This document shows, piece by piece, positions 50,099-59,908 of a DNA stretch of 64,000 nt (the first letter of the stretch is position 1; every line of letters starts with the position of its first letter). The stretch comes from Candidatus Bathyarchaeum tardum. Its GTDB lineage: Archaea > Thermoproteota > Bathyarchaeia > Bathyarchaeales > Bathyarchaeaceae. The notes beneath the pieces are model-generated. The model was not told the DNA's origin. It searched no databases and worked only from the letters and a program-made list of their open reading frames with translations. Both the position numbers and the translations under genes were made by a program. The stretch spans positions 1,984,001 to 2,048,000 of the forward strand of contig CP122380.1 in NCBI GenBank assembly GCA_024650005.2, given 5' to 3'.

Positions 50099-50551
50099 TT
50101 GATTGAAAAAATTCTTGCCCCGATTGACGGCTCAGCACATTCTGATAATGCTTTAGTTTATGCTTTGGATTTAGCAGAAAAATATTCTGCAGAAATCACA
50201 ATCCTAACAGTAATAGAACCAGTTATTTTACCTGGACCAGTTTTTGTAAATGAACCTTCTATTATGCCTCCAAGTCAATTCGATTACCAAAAAAACATAC
50301 AGAACCTGCACGAAAAAATGCTTGAGGAAACCTTCAAAAAAATTTCAAAAGCTCACCCTGAACTTAAGATTAAAAAACAACACAGAATTGGACGACCAGC
50401 AGACGAAATAATTGAAATCGCCAACAAAGAAAAATTTGATTTAATTGTCATAGGTAGTCGAGGAAGAGGAAAAATCAAAGAATTTTTCCTAGGAAGCGTA
50501 AGCGACAGAGTTGCAGACAGCGCAAAATGTCCTGTGCTTATAGTAAAATAA
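50099..50551 (+). CDS. Universal stress protein (UspA family)
   Basis: KILAPIDGS, GRPADEI, DLIVIGSRG, LGSVSDRV, CPVLIVK. Confidence 0.95.
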   Translation: MIEKILAPIDGSAHSDNALVYALDLAEKYSAEITILTVIEPVILPGPVFVNEPSIMPPSQFDYQKNIQNLHEKMLEETFKKISKAHPELKIKKQHRIGRPADEIIEIANKEKFDLIVIGSRGRGKIKEFFLGSVSDRVADSAKCPVLIVK

Positions 50552-50654
50552 CTTTTTTTTGAAATTCTTATTTTAGCAGAAAACTTAGGTATGTAACTGT
50601 GTTTCATGGTCTTTTATTTGCTTTTTTGAGTTACTGGGCGGTAGGGGAAAAAGA

Positions 50655-51293
50655 ATGGCAACTAAAACTGTAGGAAAAGTTCAGCGGGAATTGAACAGCT
50701 ACCAAGGACTGGTAACATTAAATCTTATGTTCGGTGCCCTCACGATGGCCTTTGGCATTGTTTTTATTGTTCAAGGAGCAATGGGGATGGTTGAAGTTCA
50801 AATTTTTCTGTTACCCGAAATTGTTCTTGTTGCAATTGGTGCCATAGTAGCTGGAATGGCAGTTCGTTGGCTTATCTCTAGCGCTGAATTATTAGATGGT
50901 CTTACGGACCTCAAAGAAGAATACAATAAAAACAAAGCAAGCCTAAACGACGAAAACATCGTAAGTTTAGTTGTTAAAATGACATCTCATTACCGAGAAA
51001 ACAAACCCACAATCAAAAAAATGCTAAACATCAGCAAAATCGCAGGAATATGTTTCCTAGCAGGCGGCATATACATCCTGATTCTGGCAATTACTAACTT
51101 AGCCGCGGGGGTTTCAACATGGGAAGTGTTCGTTCAAATAGGGGGTTCAGCAGCTAACATCGCGATGGCTGGGGCAAGTTTTACCATTCCCCATTTTTTT
51201 GGTAATTACTCAAAGGTTTGGGATTACCGGCTAGAAGAAACCACCAAAGCTGAAAAGCAGTTACAACAACAGCTCGGAGAATTCGAAGAATGA
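50655..51293 (+). CDS. Four-TM membrane protein
   Basis: Four hydrophobic helices; coupled to the downstream wHTH gene. Confidence 0.7.
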   Translation: MATKTVGKVQRELNSYQGLVTLNLMFGALTMAFGIVFIVQGAMGMVEVQIFLLPEIVLVAIGAIVAGMAVRWLISSAELLDGLTDLKEEYNKNKASLNDENIVSLVVKMTSHYRENKPTIKKMLNISKIAGICFLAGGIYILILAITNLAAGVSTWEVFVQIGGSAANIAMAGASFTIPHFFGNYSKVWDYRLEETTKAEKQLQQQLGEFEE

Positions 51294-51565
51294 AACAGAA
51301 AAGAACTCGCTACGAGATTTTCTGGGAAATTCTAACGTATTGCAAAAAACCAAAATCATTCACGAGTGTAATTAATAGATGTAATCTAAACTCCAAAATC
51401 GGGCAAAATCATATCGACTTTTTGAAAAAACGAAACTTTCTTACGGAAATAGAAAACAAGGGTATGAAATTGTTGAAATCAACTGAGCAGGCAACCCATT
51501 ACACGATGCTGTTTACTAAAACGTACCGTGAACTTTTTGACAACAGCCCAGAATTCAGGTTATAG
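51290..51565 (+). CDS. Winged-helix regulator (HTH_45-like)
   Basis: KRTRYEIFWEIL...CNLNSK...FL. Confidence 0.8.
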   Translation: MKQKRTRYEIFWEILTYCKKPKSFTSVINRCNLNSKIGQNHIDFLKKRNFLTEIENKGMKLLKSTEQATHYTMLFTKTYRELFDNSPEFRL

Positions 51566-51583
51566 AAACTGGGATGATGTTGG

Positions 51584-51871
51584 TTAGTTTGATTTTTTAT
51601 TGACCCAGTACATTATGACCCCTGTAACGATAACCATTATTCCTAGCCAAAATCCCAGATTCATCATTAGAGCTGACATGTCAACTGACCAAAGGTTTAC
51701 TGCTCCAAGTATGGTGCTTACTGTGTTGGTGGACCAAACAAAAGGCAACCCGTAATCGGTGTGAACGTTATCAGGCCAGTCATACTGTGTCCCCCAAGTT
51801 ACGGCAAGAACGGTTACAATTGCCCATAAACCCATGAAGACTAATACAATCAAAAAGTCTCGGTTTTTCAT
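51584..51871 (-). CDS. Small membrane protein
   Basis: TM-loop (WPDNVHTDYGLPFVW)-TM. Confidence 0.7.
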   Translation of the reverse strand: MKNRDFLIVLVFMGLWAIVTVLAVTWGTQYDWPDNVHTDYGLPFVWSTNTVSTILGAVNLWSVDMSALMMNLGFWLGIMVIVTGVIMYWVNKKSN

Positions 51872-52010
51872 AAAACATCCCCCGTATAATGTGAGTTGTC
51901 GACATATTTTAGATTTCACCCGTTTATTCAAACCAAGCCTAAAACATATCATGATACTAATACCAATGCAATTTTGAAAACAACCTTTTTTCTGAAAAAC
52001 AAAAGAGTTA

Positions 52011-52049
52011 GGAGGCGACTCAAACAGGTTAGGGTTTGAATCGCGTTCC
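52011..52049 (-). terminator. Stem-loop downstream of the ABC permease gene
   Basis: Minus strand gcgattcaaac/gtttgagtcgc 11-bp stem followed by a T-rich tract. Confidence 0.5.
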
Positions 52050-52072
52050 CTTGCTGGTGACTTGATGGATGT

Positions 52073-53371
52073 TTATTCGTATCGTAGAGCGTCTACGGGT
52101 TTGAGTTTGGAGGCTCGCCATGCAGGGTAGATTGCAAAAATTACGCTAACTGCGATGCCAAAACCGAAAGCTCCCAGGAGTACTGTTGGCGTTAACAATG
52201 GAGTTATTGCAAATCCAGTTGATGCTGCAGCTTGTCCAGTTGCTGCCGCGATGCCTCCGCCAGTGAATATTTGAGCTGCAGCGACTGCCAAAAGCCAACC
52301 CAGAACAATGCCAAACACTGCACCTAATACCCCAATGAATACTGCTTCACTTAGGAATATTGCAAGAACAGTTCTGCTTTTCATTCCAAGGGCTTTTAGT
52401 ATGCCAATTTCTCTGGTGCGCTCCATTAAAGAGACTATCATGATATTCATTATCCCAACCCCAGCAACCAATAATGAAATTGCGGCGATTCCTGCCAAAA
52501 ACAACTCCACGGTGGAAAATACGCTGGAAATTATGCCAAGTATTGCAGTTGAAGACGAAACAGAGACTTGGCCATCAAACAATTCCTCGATGGCATCTGA
52601 AACAGACTCAATTGTTTCATCGTCGTCACTGGTTAACTGCACAATTATTCGGTCACATTCATCGGTTCCAAACAAGCTTTGAGCATCTTCAAGAGATAAG
52701 TAAACTGAATTATCTGAAGGTCCAGTAAGGCTAAAACCACCAATTTCTTCCAGAACTGCAGCAACAGTAACTTCAACTGTTTGGTTCATAGGAGGACGAA
52801 CAGTAGTATTAGTCCAAACAATTTCGATAACATCACCAACAGTGCAGACCAATGTTCCATTGCCCCAAGGATCGCTCACACGTTTTCCTACAACCACACT
52901 GTTGGCTTCGGGAGTTGCCAAGATTTCTCCAGTTTCAGCTACGAAGGTACTACTGTAAATCTGTGAATATTCAGCAAAATCTACTCCCACCACATATGCA
53001 ACTACTGTTTGGTCGGTTGCTTTTATGTAACTGACTTCTTGAATAATAGCAGCAGAAGTGGCAACACCATCGATGGCATTAATTAAATCAACATCGGACA
53101 CAAGCAAACTGAAATCTGAACCAGATCCACCACCTATGCCACCACCAAAACCTGAAAAGCCGCCTCCACCCCCTGGAGAAACAACCAAGGTGTCTGTAGC
53201 AAAACCTGACTGCAACTGATCAGTTATGGTAACCTGCAAACCCTGACTGATAGAAAGCAAAGCAACAATAGCAGCAATACCAATAACAACACCCAACGTG
53301 GTTAAACCTGCACGCAACTTTCTCAGGCGTATTGCACCAAAAGCATAACCAAAAATGTCTCCAGATTTCAT
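52073..53371 (-). CDS. MacB/FtsX-family ABC permease
   Basis: RAGLTTLGVVIG, SLLVAGVGIMNIM, ERTREIGILKALG, YPAWRASKLKPVDALRYE. Confidence 0.95.
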   Translation of the reverse strand: MKSGDIFGYAFGAIRLRKLRAGLTTLGVVIGIAAIVALLSISQGLQVTITDQLQSGFATDTLVVSPGGGGGFSGFGGGIGGGSGSDFSLLVSDVDLINAIDGVATSAAIIQEVSYIKATDQTVVAYVVGVDFAEYSQIYSSTFVAETGEILATPEANSVVVGKRVSDPWGNGTLVCTVGDVIEIVWTNTTVRPPMNQTVEVTVAAVLEEIGGFSLTGPSDNSVYLSLEDAQSLFGTDECDRIIVQLTSDDDETIESVSDAIEELFDGQVSVSSSTAILGIISSVFSTVELFLAGIAAISLLVAGVGIMNIMIVSLMERTREIGILKALGMKSRTVLAIFLSEAVFIGVLGAVFGIVLGWLLAVAAAQIFTGGGIAAATGQAAASTGFAITPLLTPTVLLGAFGFGIAVSVIFAIYPAWRASKLKPVDALRYE

Positions 53372-54057
53372 TATTGTTCAACCTCCTCGATTACTGTTCC
53401 ATCAAGCATCCTCACGATCTTTTTTGCCTGAGACGCCAACTGCTGATCATGGGTAATCATAACAATTGTAACACCCTTTTCTGTGTTCAACTGTTTTACC
53501 AAATCTATAATTTCACTTGCAGTTTTGGAATCAATGTTTCCAGTGGGTTCATCCATTAACAAAAAGCTAGGATTATTCGCCAAGGCCCGCGCAATGGCAA
53601 CCCGTTGACGTTGACCTCCACTGAGCTCAGCAGGTTTATGATTAACCCGGTCTTTCAAACCAACGGTTTCCAAAAGCTCTTCAGCTCGTTTGCGTTTTTC
53701 CTTTTTAGTTAAACCTGCAATGGACAAAGGCAACTCAACGTTTCCTAGGGCAGTTAACCGTGGAATCAAATTAAAAAATTGAAAAACAAAACCAACACTG
53801 TGACGCATGTCAGCTAACTTGTTATCATTTAATGTAGAAATGTCGACACCATCAATCAGGACTTTTCCTTCTGTAGGCGTGTCTAACGCTCCAATCATAT
53901 TCAACAATGTGGATTTACCGCTTCCTGAAGGTCCCAAAATTGCAATAAAATCGCCTTTTTCGACCTTAAGGTTCACTCCACTTAGGGCGTTCACTGGAAC
54001 TTTTCCAAGAACGTATGTTTTTCGCAGATTTACTGTTTCAACAATAGGTACAACCAA
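53371..54057 (-). CDS. MacB/LolD-family ABC ATPase
   Basis: GPSGSGKST, GFVFQFFNL, LSGGQRQR, DEPTGN, ITHD. Confidence 0.95.
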   Translation of the reverse strand: MVVPIVETVNLRKTYVLGKVPVNALSGVNLKVEKGDFIAILGPSGSGKSTLLNMIGALDTPTEGKVLIDGVDISTLNDNKLADMRHSVGFVFQFFNLIPRLTALGNVELPLSIAGLTKKEKRKRAEELLETVGLKDRVNHKPAELSGGQRQRVAIARALANNPSFLLMDEPTGNIDSKTASEIIDLVKQLNTEKGVTIVMITHDQQLASQAKKIVRMLDGTVIEEVEQ

Positions 54058-54059
54058 AA

Positions 54060-54830
54060 TTATTCATCTCCTTTCAATTTTTCAGTCAATTTTTCGATTT
54101 TGCATGAAACCTCATTTAAGACCAGCCTAGCCTCAGTTAATGTTTCTTCGGTTAGATTTTCCATCAAAGTAGAACGCAACTCAAACAATGCATCAAAAAA
54201 CCGCCTTATAGGCTCCTGAAGGTCTTGCAACCCATCAACATGTAGACCCATTCTCAAAAAAAATAATGGCCCCATGGGTGCCATCTTTTGCTGCAATTTA
54301 TCTTTGAAATCTGAATGTTCTTCAAAAAATTGGTTGCCTTTTTCAGTTAGTACATAGCGTTTAACTCCAGTTGATTCACGAGGCAACTCTTGAGCATAAC
54401 CAGTTTCACGAAGCCAAGTCAAAAGAGGATAAATTGACCCAGGACTAGGTTTCCATTGGCCACCAGTTTGCTTTTCAACTTCATCCATTATCTCTGAACC
54501 CGACATGGGTTTTTCTTTCAACAACTTAAACACGTAAACCCGCAAAAGCCCTTTAGGAACACTTGCAGTATGTTTCAATAACCGAGCAAAAGGACGAGAA
54601 GAAAGCTGTTCTTCAATTTTCAGTAATTTTTCCTCTGAAAGATAATATTTGTCGTCGACTTTTACAAAAACACCAAACAGCCGCGGAGAATGATTTATGA
54701 ATTGCCTAAACTTAACTGAAAGTTCTAAATCATCTAGACTCATTGCTTTCTGAGGGCTTGTAGCTCCCTTCTTGCGAAATTTTTCGATTTCCATATCCAA
54801 CATTTTTTTCAGTTCCAAGGGAGCAATCAT
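54060..54830 (-). CDS. PadR-family regulator with extra N-terminal domain
   Basis: PKGLLR...MSGSEIM...WKPSPGSIYPLL...YVLTEKG. Confidence 0.88.
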   Translation of the reverse strand: MIAPLELKKMLDMEIEKFRKKGATSPQKAMSLDDLELSVKFRQFINHSPRLFGVFVKVDDKYYLSEEKLLKIEEQLSSRPFARLLKHTASVPKGLLRVYVFKLLKEKPMSGSEIMDEVEKQTGGQWKPSPGSIYPLLTWLRETGYAQELPRESTGVKRYVLTEKGNQFFEEHSDFKDKLQQKMAPMGPLFFLRMGLHVDGLQDLQEPIRRFFDALFELRSTLMENLTEETLTEARLVLNEVSCKIEKLTEKLKGDE

Positions 54831-54831
54831 A

Positions 54832-54871
54832 ATATCACATGCGATATCACATCTGATATCAACCGTGATAT
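54832..54871. promoter_or_regulatory. Three overlapping ATATC-N6-GATAT palindromes (candidate PadR operator array)
   Basis: atatcacatgcgatat, atatcacatctgatat, atatcaaccgtgatat at 12-bp period, between the TATA-like sequence and the start codon. Confidence 0.65.
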
Positions 54872-54978
54872 AAAAACATTGCATTTGAGAAAACAAAAAT
54901 ACAATAAAAAAGCTGATTCAAAAACAAATTAAAGAAAAAACAAAAAGGAGACTGATTGTTTGGAGATAACCCGAATTA

Positions 54979-55314
54979 TTACGCTGACTTGTTTCCGGCT
55001 ATCAAGTTTTGTACAAGACCATTAATTTCTCCGTGTGCACGACCTACGGTTTCCAAAGTTTTTTTGCCTTTGTCAGTTAGAGTATAAACCCGTTTGCGGC
55101 TGTCCAAATCAGCAGCAACCAAACCATCCCGCTCCAAAGAATATAATAATGAATAGACTGTGCCGGAACTTACCAACACATTGAATCTTTTGTGAATTAG
55201 ACCAATGATGTCGTATCCACTCAAAGGCTTTTCTTGCAATTCACCTAAGATTAGCATGTCCATGAAAGTTTTTATTGTTCTTCTTCGCAGTTTCTCCACA
55301 ATTTTTGACGGCAT
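54979..55314 (-). CDS. PadR-family regulator
   Basis: LSGYDII...VSSGTVYSLLYSLERDGLV...RKRVYTLTDKG. Confidence 0.9.
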   Translation of the reverse strand: MPSKIVEKLRRRTIKTFMDMLILGELQEKPLSGYDIIGLIHKRFNVLVSSGTVYSLLYSLERDGLVAADLDSRKRVYTLTDKGKKTLETVGRAHGEINGLVQNLIAGNKSA

Positions 55315-55485
55315 CAAATCAGACTCCAAATTAGAATAAGATGGTGTACGGTTTTCATATTTAATATTTATAGTTGATTCGAATTCGGAATCCAAATAAA
55401 AACAAAAGGTCTATGTACTAAAACAACATAAATATTAATTAAGCAATAAAGCAGCTTGCTTTGGGCTTAAAAAGGTGAATTAATT

Positions 55486-55842
55486 ATGGATGCTTTTGAC
55501 AATCTATTAGGTGAGGCATTGGACGACACGCTCAAGATAGTTCTTGGAAACAGTGTCTCAGATTTAATTCACAAATTGACAGAAAAACACCTATCAACAA
55601 AAATAACAGAAAAACAAAACACAATAGAAACGAAAATCAATTACCTCGAAAAATTGATAGGAAAAGAAGGAACCCAAGTAATACAAACAGCAACCATGAA
55701 ACGGCTCTGCCTTAAACTTAAAAATGAATACCAAGAGGTCGAAGAACACTTCTTGATTCTTGACGAATTATATGAAATGAAGCTAAAAATGCTTTTTCAG
55801 CTGCAGAATCAAAAAACCAAGGGCTCAGAAAACCCCAACTAA
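55486..55842 (+). CDS. Small helical hypothetical protein
   Basis: aggtga RBS; EALDDTLKIVLG...LEKLIG pattern. Confidence 0.6.
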   Translation: MDAFDNLLGEALDDTLKIVLGNSVSDLIHKLTEKHLSTKITEKQNTIETKINYLEKLIGKEGTQVIQTATMKRLCLKLKNEYQEVEEHFLILDELYEMKLKMLFQLQNQKTKGSENPN

Positions 55843-56197
55843 TTTCTGAAATGTCCCAGAAACACCTCCAACATAAATGGTACATATAAAACTTGAACCC
55901 ACGTTAACGGAGGGCTCAAGATTCAATTTGAGCAACCAAAAACAAATTCAAAGATTATTAACCTACCAAAAGCAGCATAGAAACAAACATGATTTGATTA
56001 CTAAAGGGAGCACTCGCCCATGAGTTAGCACCGAAAGTGTTAAGATTGTTTCGCCGCATGTTGTTAAATGTCAAATGGGGAAAGTGGTGCAAAAATAACA
56101 GAATTTTGTATAAAAAAGACCGAAACATTCAGATGTGCATTCCTCAAATTTATATATAACAATCAAAAAAAGGAACTGGGTTGGAGAAGGAAGCTTC

Positions 56198-56872
56198 GTG
56201 ATTTCTGATGTCTTGCCATACGCAATTGCTGTAGGAGCGATTATAGTAGCTCTGATAACAATTTACATAACTAGAAACAAAAAAGACGAGACCAGCCAAG
56301 AAACAAAAGAAGTTCTTCTTGAAAGAGATGAAATACTACCCCTTAAAGGACAACGGACAGTTACTCCCTTTGATGCCCAGAAATCCAAGAAAGAACTCCG
56401 ATTACTCGACGTGGAAAGAGAAATTCTTAGTTTTGGAATCCGTCGAATTTATGAAGCTCATGCTGAAGGCAAAATAGACGAAAAAGAACGAGATAGACTA
56501 GCCCGCAACTACAAACAACAAATGCGGGAAATTAAAGATTCCATAACCGAAAAAGAGTCAGTCGTAGCCCTCCATGAGTTAGAGTCAATGCAAGAAGATT
56601 TAATCAAACTGTTTAACGACCGCTTCGATGAAATAAACCAAAAAATTGGTGGCTTAAGGTCCAATTTGCAAATAATTCCAAAGCCTGTTGAACCTAAACC
56701 TGAACGTTCTACCTCAGCGGAAAAAACTGTTGATGGCACTGATAAGACTCCGAAAAAGAAGAAAGAGCCCTCAAAACCACGCAAAACAGAAGCTGAAGAA
56801 AAAATTGACAAAATTAGGTCAGAAGTAGAAAAGGTTCTTGAGCGGCTTGGGCAAATGGAAACTGAGGCATAA
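56198..56872 (+). CDS. Membrane-anchored coiled-coil protein
   Basis: N-terminal TM, charged heptad region, upstream of rpiA. Confidence 0.75.
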   Translation: MISDVLPYAIAVGAIIVALITIYITRNKKDETSQETKEVLLERDEILPLKGQRTVTPFDAQKSKKELRLLDVEREILSFGIRRIYEAHAEGKIDEKERDRLARNYKQQMREIKDSITEKESVVALHELESMQEDLIKLFNDRFDEINQKIGGLRSNLQIIPKPVEPKPERSTSAEKTVDGTDKTPKKKKEPSKPRKTEAEEKIDKIRSEVEKVLERLGQMETEA

Positions 56873-56874
56873 CA

Positions 56875-57561
56875 TTGAGTTGGAAAGAAGACGCAAAAAA
56901 ACGGGTAGCCATGGAAGCAGTCAATCATGTAAAAGATCGCTTTGTAGTTGGACTAGGCAGCGGAAGTACAGCTGCGTATATGATTAAAGAAATCGGTAGA
57001 CGAGTTTCCGAAAACAGTTTACATGTTCTTGCAGTTCCAAGTTCCAGTCAAGCAATGTTGTTAGCTGCAAGTTCAGGAGTTCCAGTAACAACATTGGACG
57101 AGCATCCTGTTCTTGATTTGGTCATAGATGGAGCCGACGAAATTGACCCCAATTTTGACATGATTAAAGGCGGTGGAGGAGCATTATTGCGTGAAAAGAT
57201 TGTTGCTTCGTCTGCTAAACAAGTTGTTATCGTCGCTGATGAAACTAAACTTGTGGAGAAACTGGGCAAATTCAAAGTCCCAGTTGAAGTGTTGCCTTTC
57301 GGCTTAGCAAAAGTTACTGCAGGGATAAAAGAGCTTGGCGGAATTCCCATCGTGAGAGAGGGACAACGAAAAATGGGTCCAGTGGTTACAGATAACGGCA
57401 ATTATATTGTTGATGCCGATTTTGGCCTCATTGACAATGCTAAAAAATTAGATAAACAGTTAAAGATGATTCCAGGAGTTTTAGAAACTGGGCTTTTCAT
57501 TGGATTGGCACACATTGTGTACTTGGGTAAAAAAGATGGAATTACAAAATTGAAAAAATAA
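56875..57561 (+). CDS. rpiA: Ribose-5-phosphate isomerase A
   Basis: VGLGSGST, IDGADE, KGGGGALLREK, VPVEV, TDNGN. Confidence 0.97.
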   Translation: MSWKEDAKKRVAMEAVNHVKDRFVVGLGSGSTAAYMIKEIGRRVSENSLHVLAVPSSSQAMLLAASSGVPVTTLDEHPVLDLVIDGADEIDPNFDMIKGGGGALLREKIVASSAKQVVIVADETKLVEKLGKFKVPVEVLPFGLAKVTAGIKELGGIPIVREGQRKMGPVVTDNGNYIVDADFGLIDNAKKLDKQLKMIPGVLETGLFIGLAHIVYLGKKDGITKLKK

Positions 57562-57613
57562 TTCCACAAAAACTTAGCTAAAACCATAAAAAGAAAGAAG
57601 ATTTAGCAAGGTC

Positions 57614-57982
57614 TTACCAGTTCCATCTGTGGCATCTACCAAAGCCGCCATTGCCACCATATCTTCCGTAATAGTCTTGGTCTTCCCAACGTTCTTCCAT
57701 GTATTGTTTCATTTCTTGGAACCATTTTTCGTCTTCGGCGCCTTCCCATCTTCGTTGTTCCATGTGCTCTCTCATTTCATTCCACCATTCATCTTCTGCG
57801 TTATCATCCCAGCGCTGTTCCATATATTGGCGCATTTCTTGCCACCATTCTTCGTTTTGGTAATGTTCTACGTCTGCTGCATTATAGTAGTAGCCACCGG
57901 GATGCGCTAGAACATAACTAATGGGAATTGCAATTACCAGAGCTACCAAACCCAAAATCAATACAAACTTTTTTCCATTCAT
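57614..57982 (-). CDS. Small secreted Met/Trp-rich repeat protein
   Basis: Signal peptide ending LA-HPG; three EWWxEMRxxMEQRW repeats; ggaggtga RBS. Confidence 0.75.
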   Translation of the reverse strand: MNGKKFVLILGLVALVIAIPISYVLAHPGGYYYNAADVEHYQNEEWWQEMRQYMEQRWDDNAEDEWWNEMREHMEQRRWEGAEDEKWFQEMKQYMEERWEDQDYYGRYGGNGGFGRCHRWNW

Positions 57983-58070
57983 TTCACGTTTCACCTCCAC
58001 AACTTGCTTAAAAAATACTAGGGAGGGAAAACCATTAAGAATTGTCCATGCAACCGTTCCCAACCGTCTT

Positions 58071-58586
58071 TTATTGGTTAGAATGGTTTTCAGTAAGGAA
58101 AACTTTGTAAGTTTTGCCAAAACGTTCTCGCTGTATAAGGTTCAGTTTGTCCAAATTTGTTAGAATGCGGGAAAGTTTGGCTTTGCTCCATTCTAACCTG
58201 AACCGCAAGGAGTCTTGAGTAATTTCTCCAGCTCGTCGAATCTCGTCAAGAACTTGTTTTTCATCATCAGACAGCGCTCGCTTGATTATTTCTAATTCAT
58301 CAATTCTGCTGGAGGACTGAACAGATTCTATTGGTTGGGTTTTCATTGTGGGTTTGAGCCAAAAAGTAATCAGCACCCCTGCAACTAAGGCAATTGCAAG
58401 AGAAAGAAGAATCGGAACAGTATAGTCCGTGTTGTTACCCATGTGGTCCATCATACCTCTGCCAAATGTGGATTGATCTACAAGAAATTCAGACGAAACT
58501 AAAAAAAGCACAATAAACGATAACACAATTACCAGAATAATCAAAATGATCTTGGTTGCAAGGTCTAAATTTTTAAGATTACTCAT
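58071..58586 (-). CDS. Two-TM protein with C-terminal MarR-like wHTH
   Basis: TM-loop (GRGMMDHMG)-TM, LSDDEKQVL...ITQDSLR...WSKAKLSRIL...IQRERFG. Confidence 0.82.
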   Translation of the reverse strand: MSNLKNLDLATKIILIILVIVLSFIVLFLVSSEFLVDQSTFGRGMMDHMGNNTDYTVPILLSLAIALVAGVLITFWLKPTMKTQPIESVQSSSRIDELEIIKRALSDDEKQVLDEIRRAGEITQDSLRFRLEWSKAKLSRILTNLDKLNLIQRERFGKTYKVFLTENHSNQ

Positions 58587-58674
58587 AATTTAACCTTCAG
58601 TGCTGCTCCGAATTTTTTTGCAAAGAACTGCTACTATCCATGTTATCGTTTACTATACTTAAAAATATATGATT

Positions 58675-59568
58675 TCATACGGTAACCATCCAAGTGCCCA
58701 CAAACATTAAGGCAATGGCAAAAATTTTCAGTGCTAATACATTTCTGCTTATGTCTTCCTTGAGAATTGTTGGCATAAACAAACTCAGCAATACCATGTA
58801 AATGAAAACAAAAAATTGCTGTAATCCAGCTATAGCAGAAACTAATGAAATATACCCTAAAGACGAAGATATCAACAAAAAAATTGTTCCAAGGATATAA
58901 CTGCCTTCACCAGCTAGGGTTGTAATAAACGTTCGTGCCCCAAGGTGAGAAACAGATTCAAAAAAAGCTTTTCGGGGCTTAGAAAACAACAACAAAAACA
59001 ATACTCCAACCCACGAGCCAATCATCATCCAGAAAAAAACAGACCAGAAATCAAAATATCCTAAAAGTACCTTGTTCAAAACACTGTACACCGCAATAAT
59101 CGCAGTAAAAGGAATCATCAACTTAAAGGCAGAAGACAAAGAATGTTCATTTTCAGATTTTTTATATGAAATTAGTATCGAAGTTAAGATAATCAAACCA
59201 ATTCCGACGTATTGTTGAGTACTCAAAATTTCACCCAAAAACAGCACAGACATTAAAGCAACAAAAAGGGGAATAAACTGAAACAAAGGCGCAAGGCGAG
59301 ATGCCTCCTCGACCATTAAAGCTTTGCTGTAAAACCAAAACCCTATCACGGGCAGTATCCCAGTAAACATTGCAAAAAACGCATATGGAAAACTGAAACT
59401 AACCGGAAAGAAAACATATACAGCACCAGCAAAAATCAAGTCTACAAAGTTTAGGTATATTATCATTGAAAAGTAGCCCCTGAACTTTTTTGTTACCAAA
59501 AACTTGTTAATGACAATGTTCATGGCCATAAACGCGGGAGCCAACAAAGCAAACAGCAGCCAATCCAA
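58675..59568 (-). CDS. EamA/DMT-family transporter
   Basis: About ten TM helices in two repeats, EEASRLAPL, FLGEIL. Confidence 0.88.
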   Translation of the reverse strand: MDWLLFALLAPAFMAMNIVINKFLVTKKFRGYFSMIIYLNFVDLIFAGAVYVFFPVSFSFPYAFFAMFTGILPVIGFWFYSKALMVEEASRLAPLFQFIPLFVALMSVLFLGEILSTQQYVGIGLIILTSILISYKKSENEHSLSSAFKLMIPFTAIIAVYSVLNKVLLGYFDFWSVFFWMMIGSWVGVLFLLLFSKPRKAFFESVSHLGARTFITTLAGEGSYILGTIFLLISSSLGYISLVSAIAGLQQFFVFIYMVLLSLFMPTILKEDISRNVLALKIFAIALMFVGTWMVTV

Positions 59569-59908
59569 TGATTACACCTAACTAGAACAGGTAACCAACA
59601 TAGGGGTTGATAACTGTTCGCAAAATCCACCCAAGACAGATATCACTTTGATGAATTACGTATTAGCACCATCAACTAACGACCTTTTCCAGATGGATAC
59701 AGCCTATTAACTCAGTTTTATAGCCAAACGAAGACACAACATTAAACCATTTAACGACTTAGTTTACAAAACAAGCCCAAAAATCAATAAACCAAAGACA
59801 GCCTCTGAAATTTCAGGAACATACAAAGGTATGAAATAAATTCAACAACTGAAATCAGTGACCAATTAAAAAAGAAAACTCCAAAAAAACAGAGACAAAA
59901 AATGGGAG

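Noticed and set aside
57690-57870. CRISPR-like periodic DNA repeats
   Set aside because: The degenerate ~60-nt repeats are explained by the encoded protein repeats; there is no invariant repeat/unique spacer pattern.
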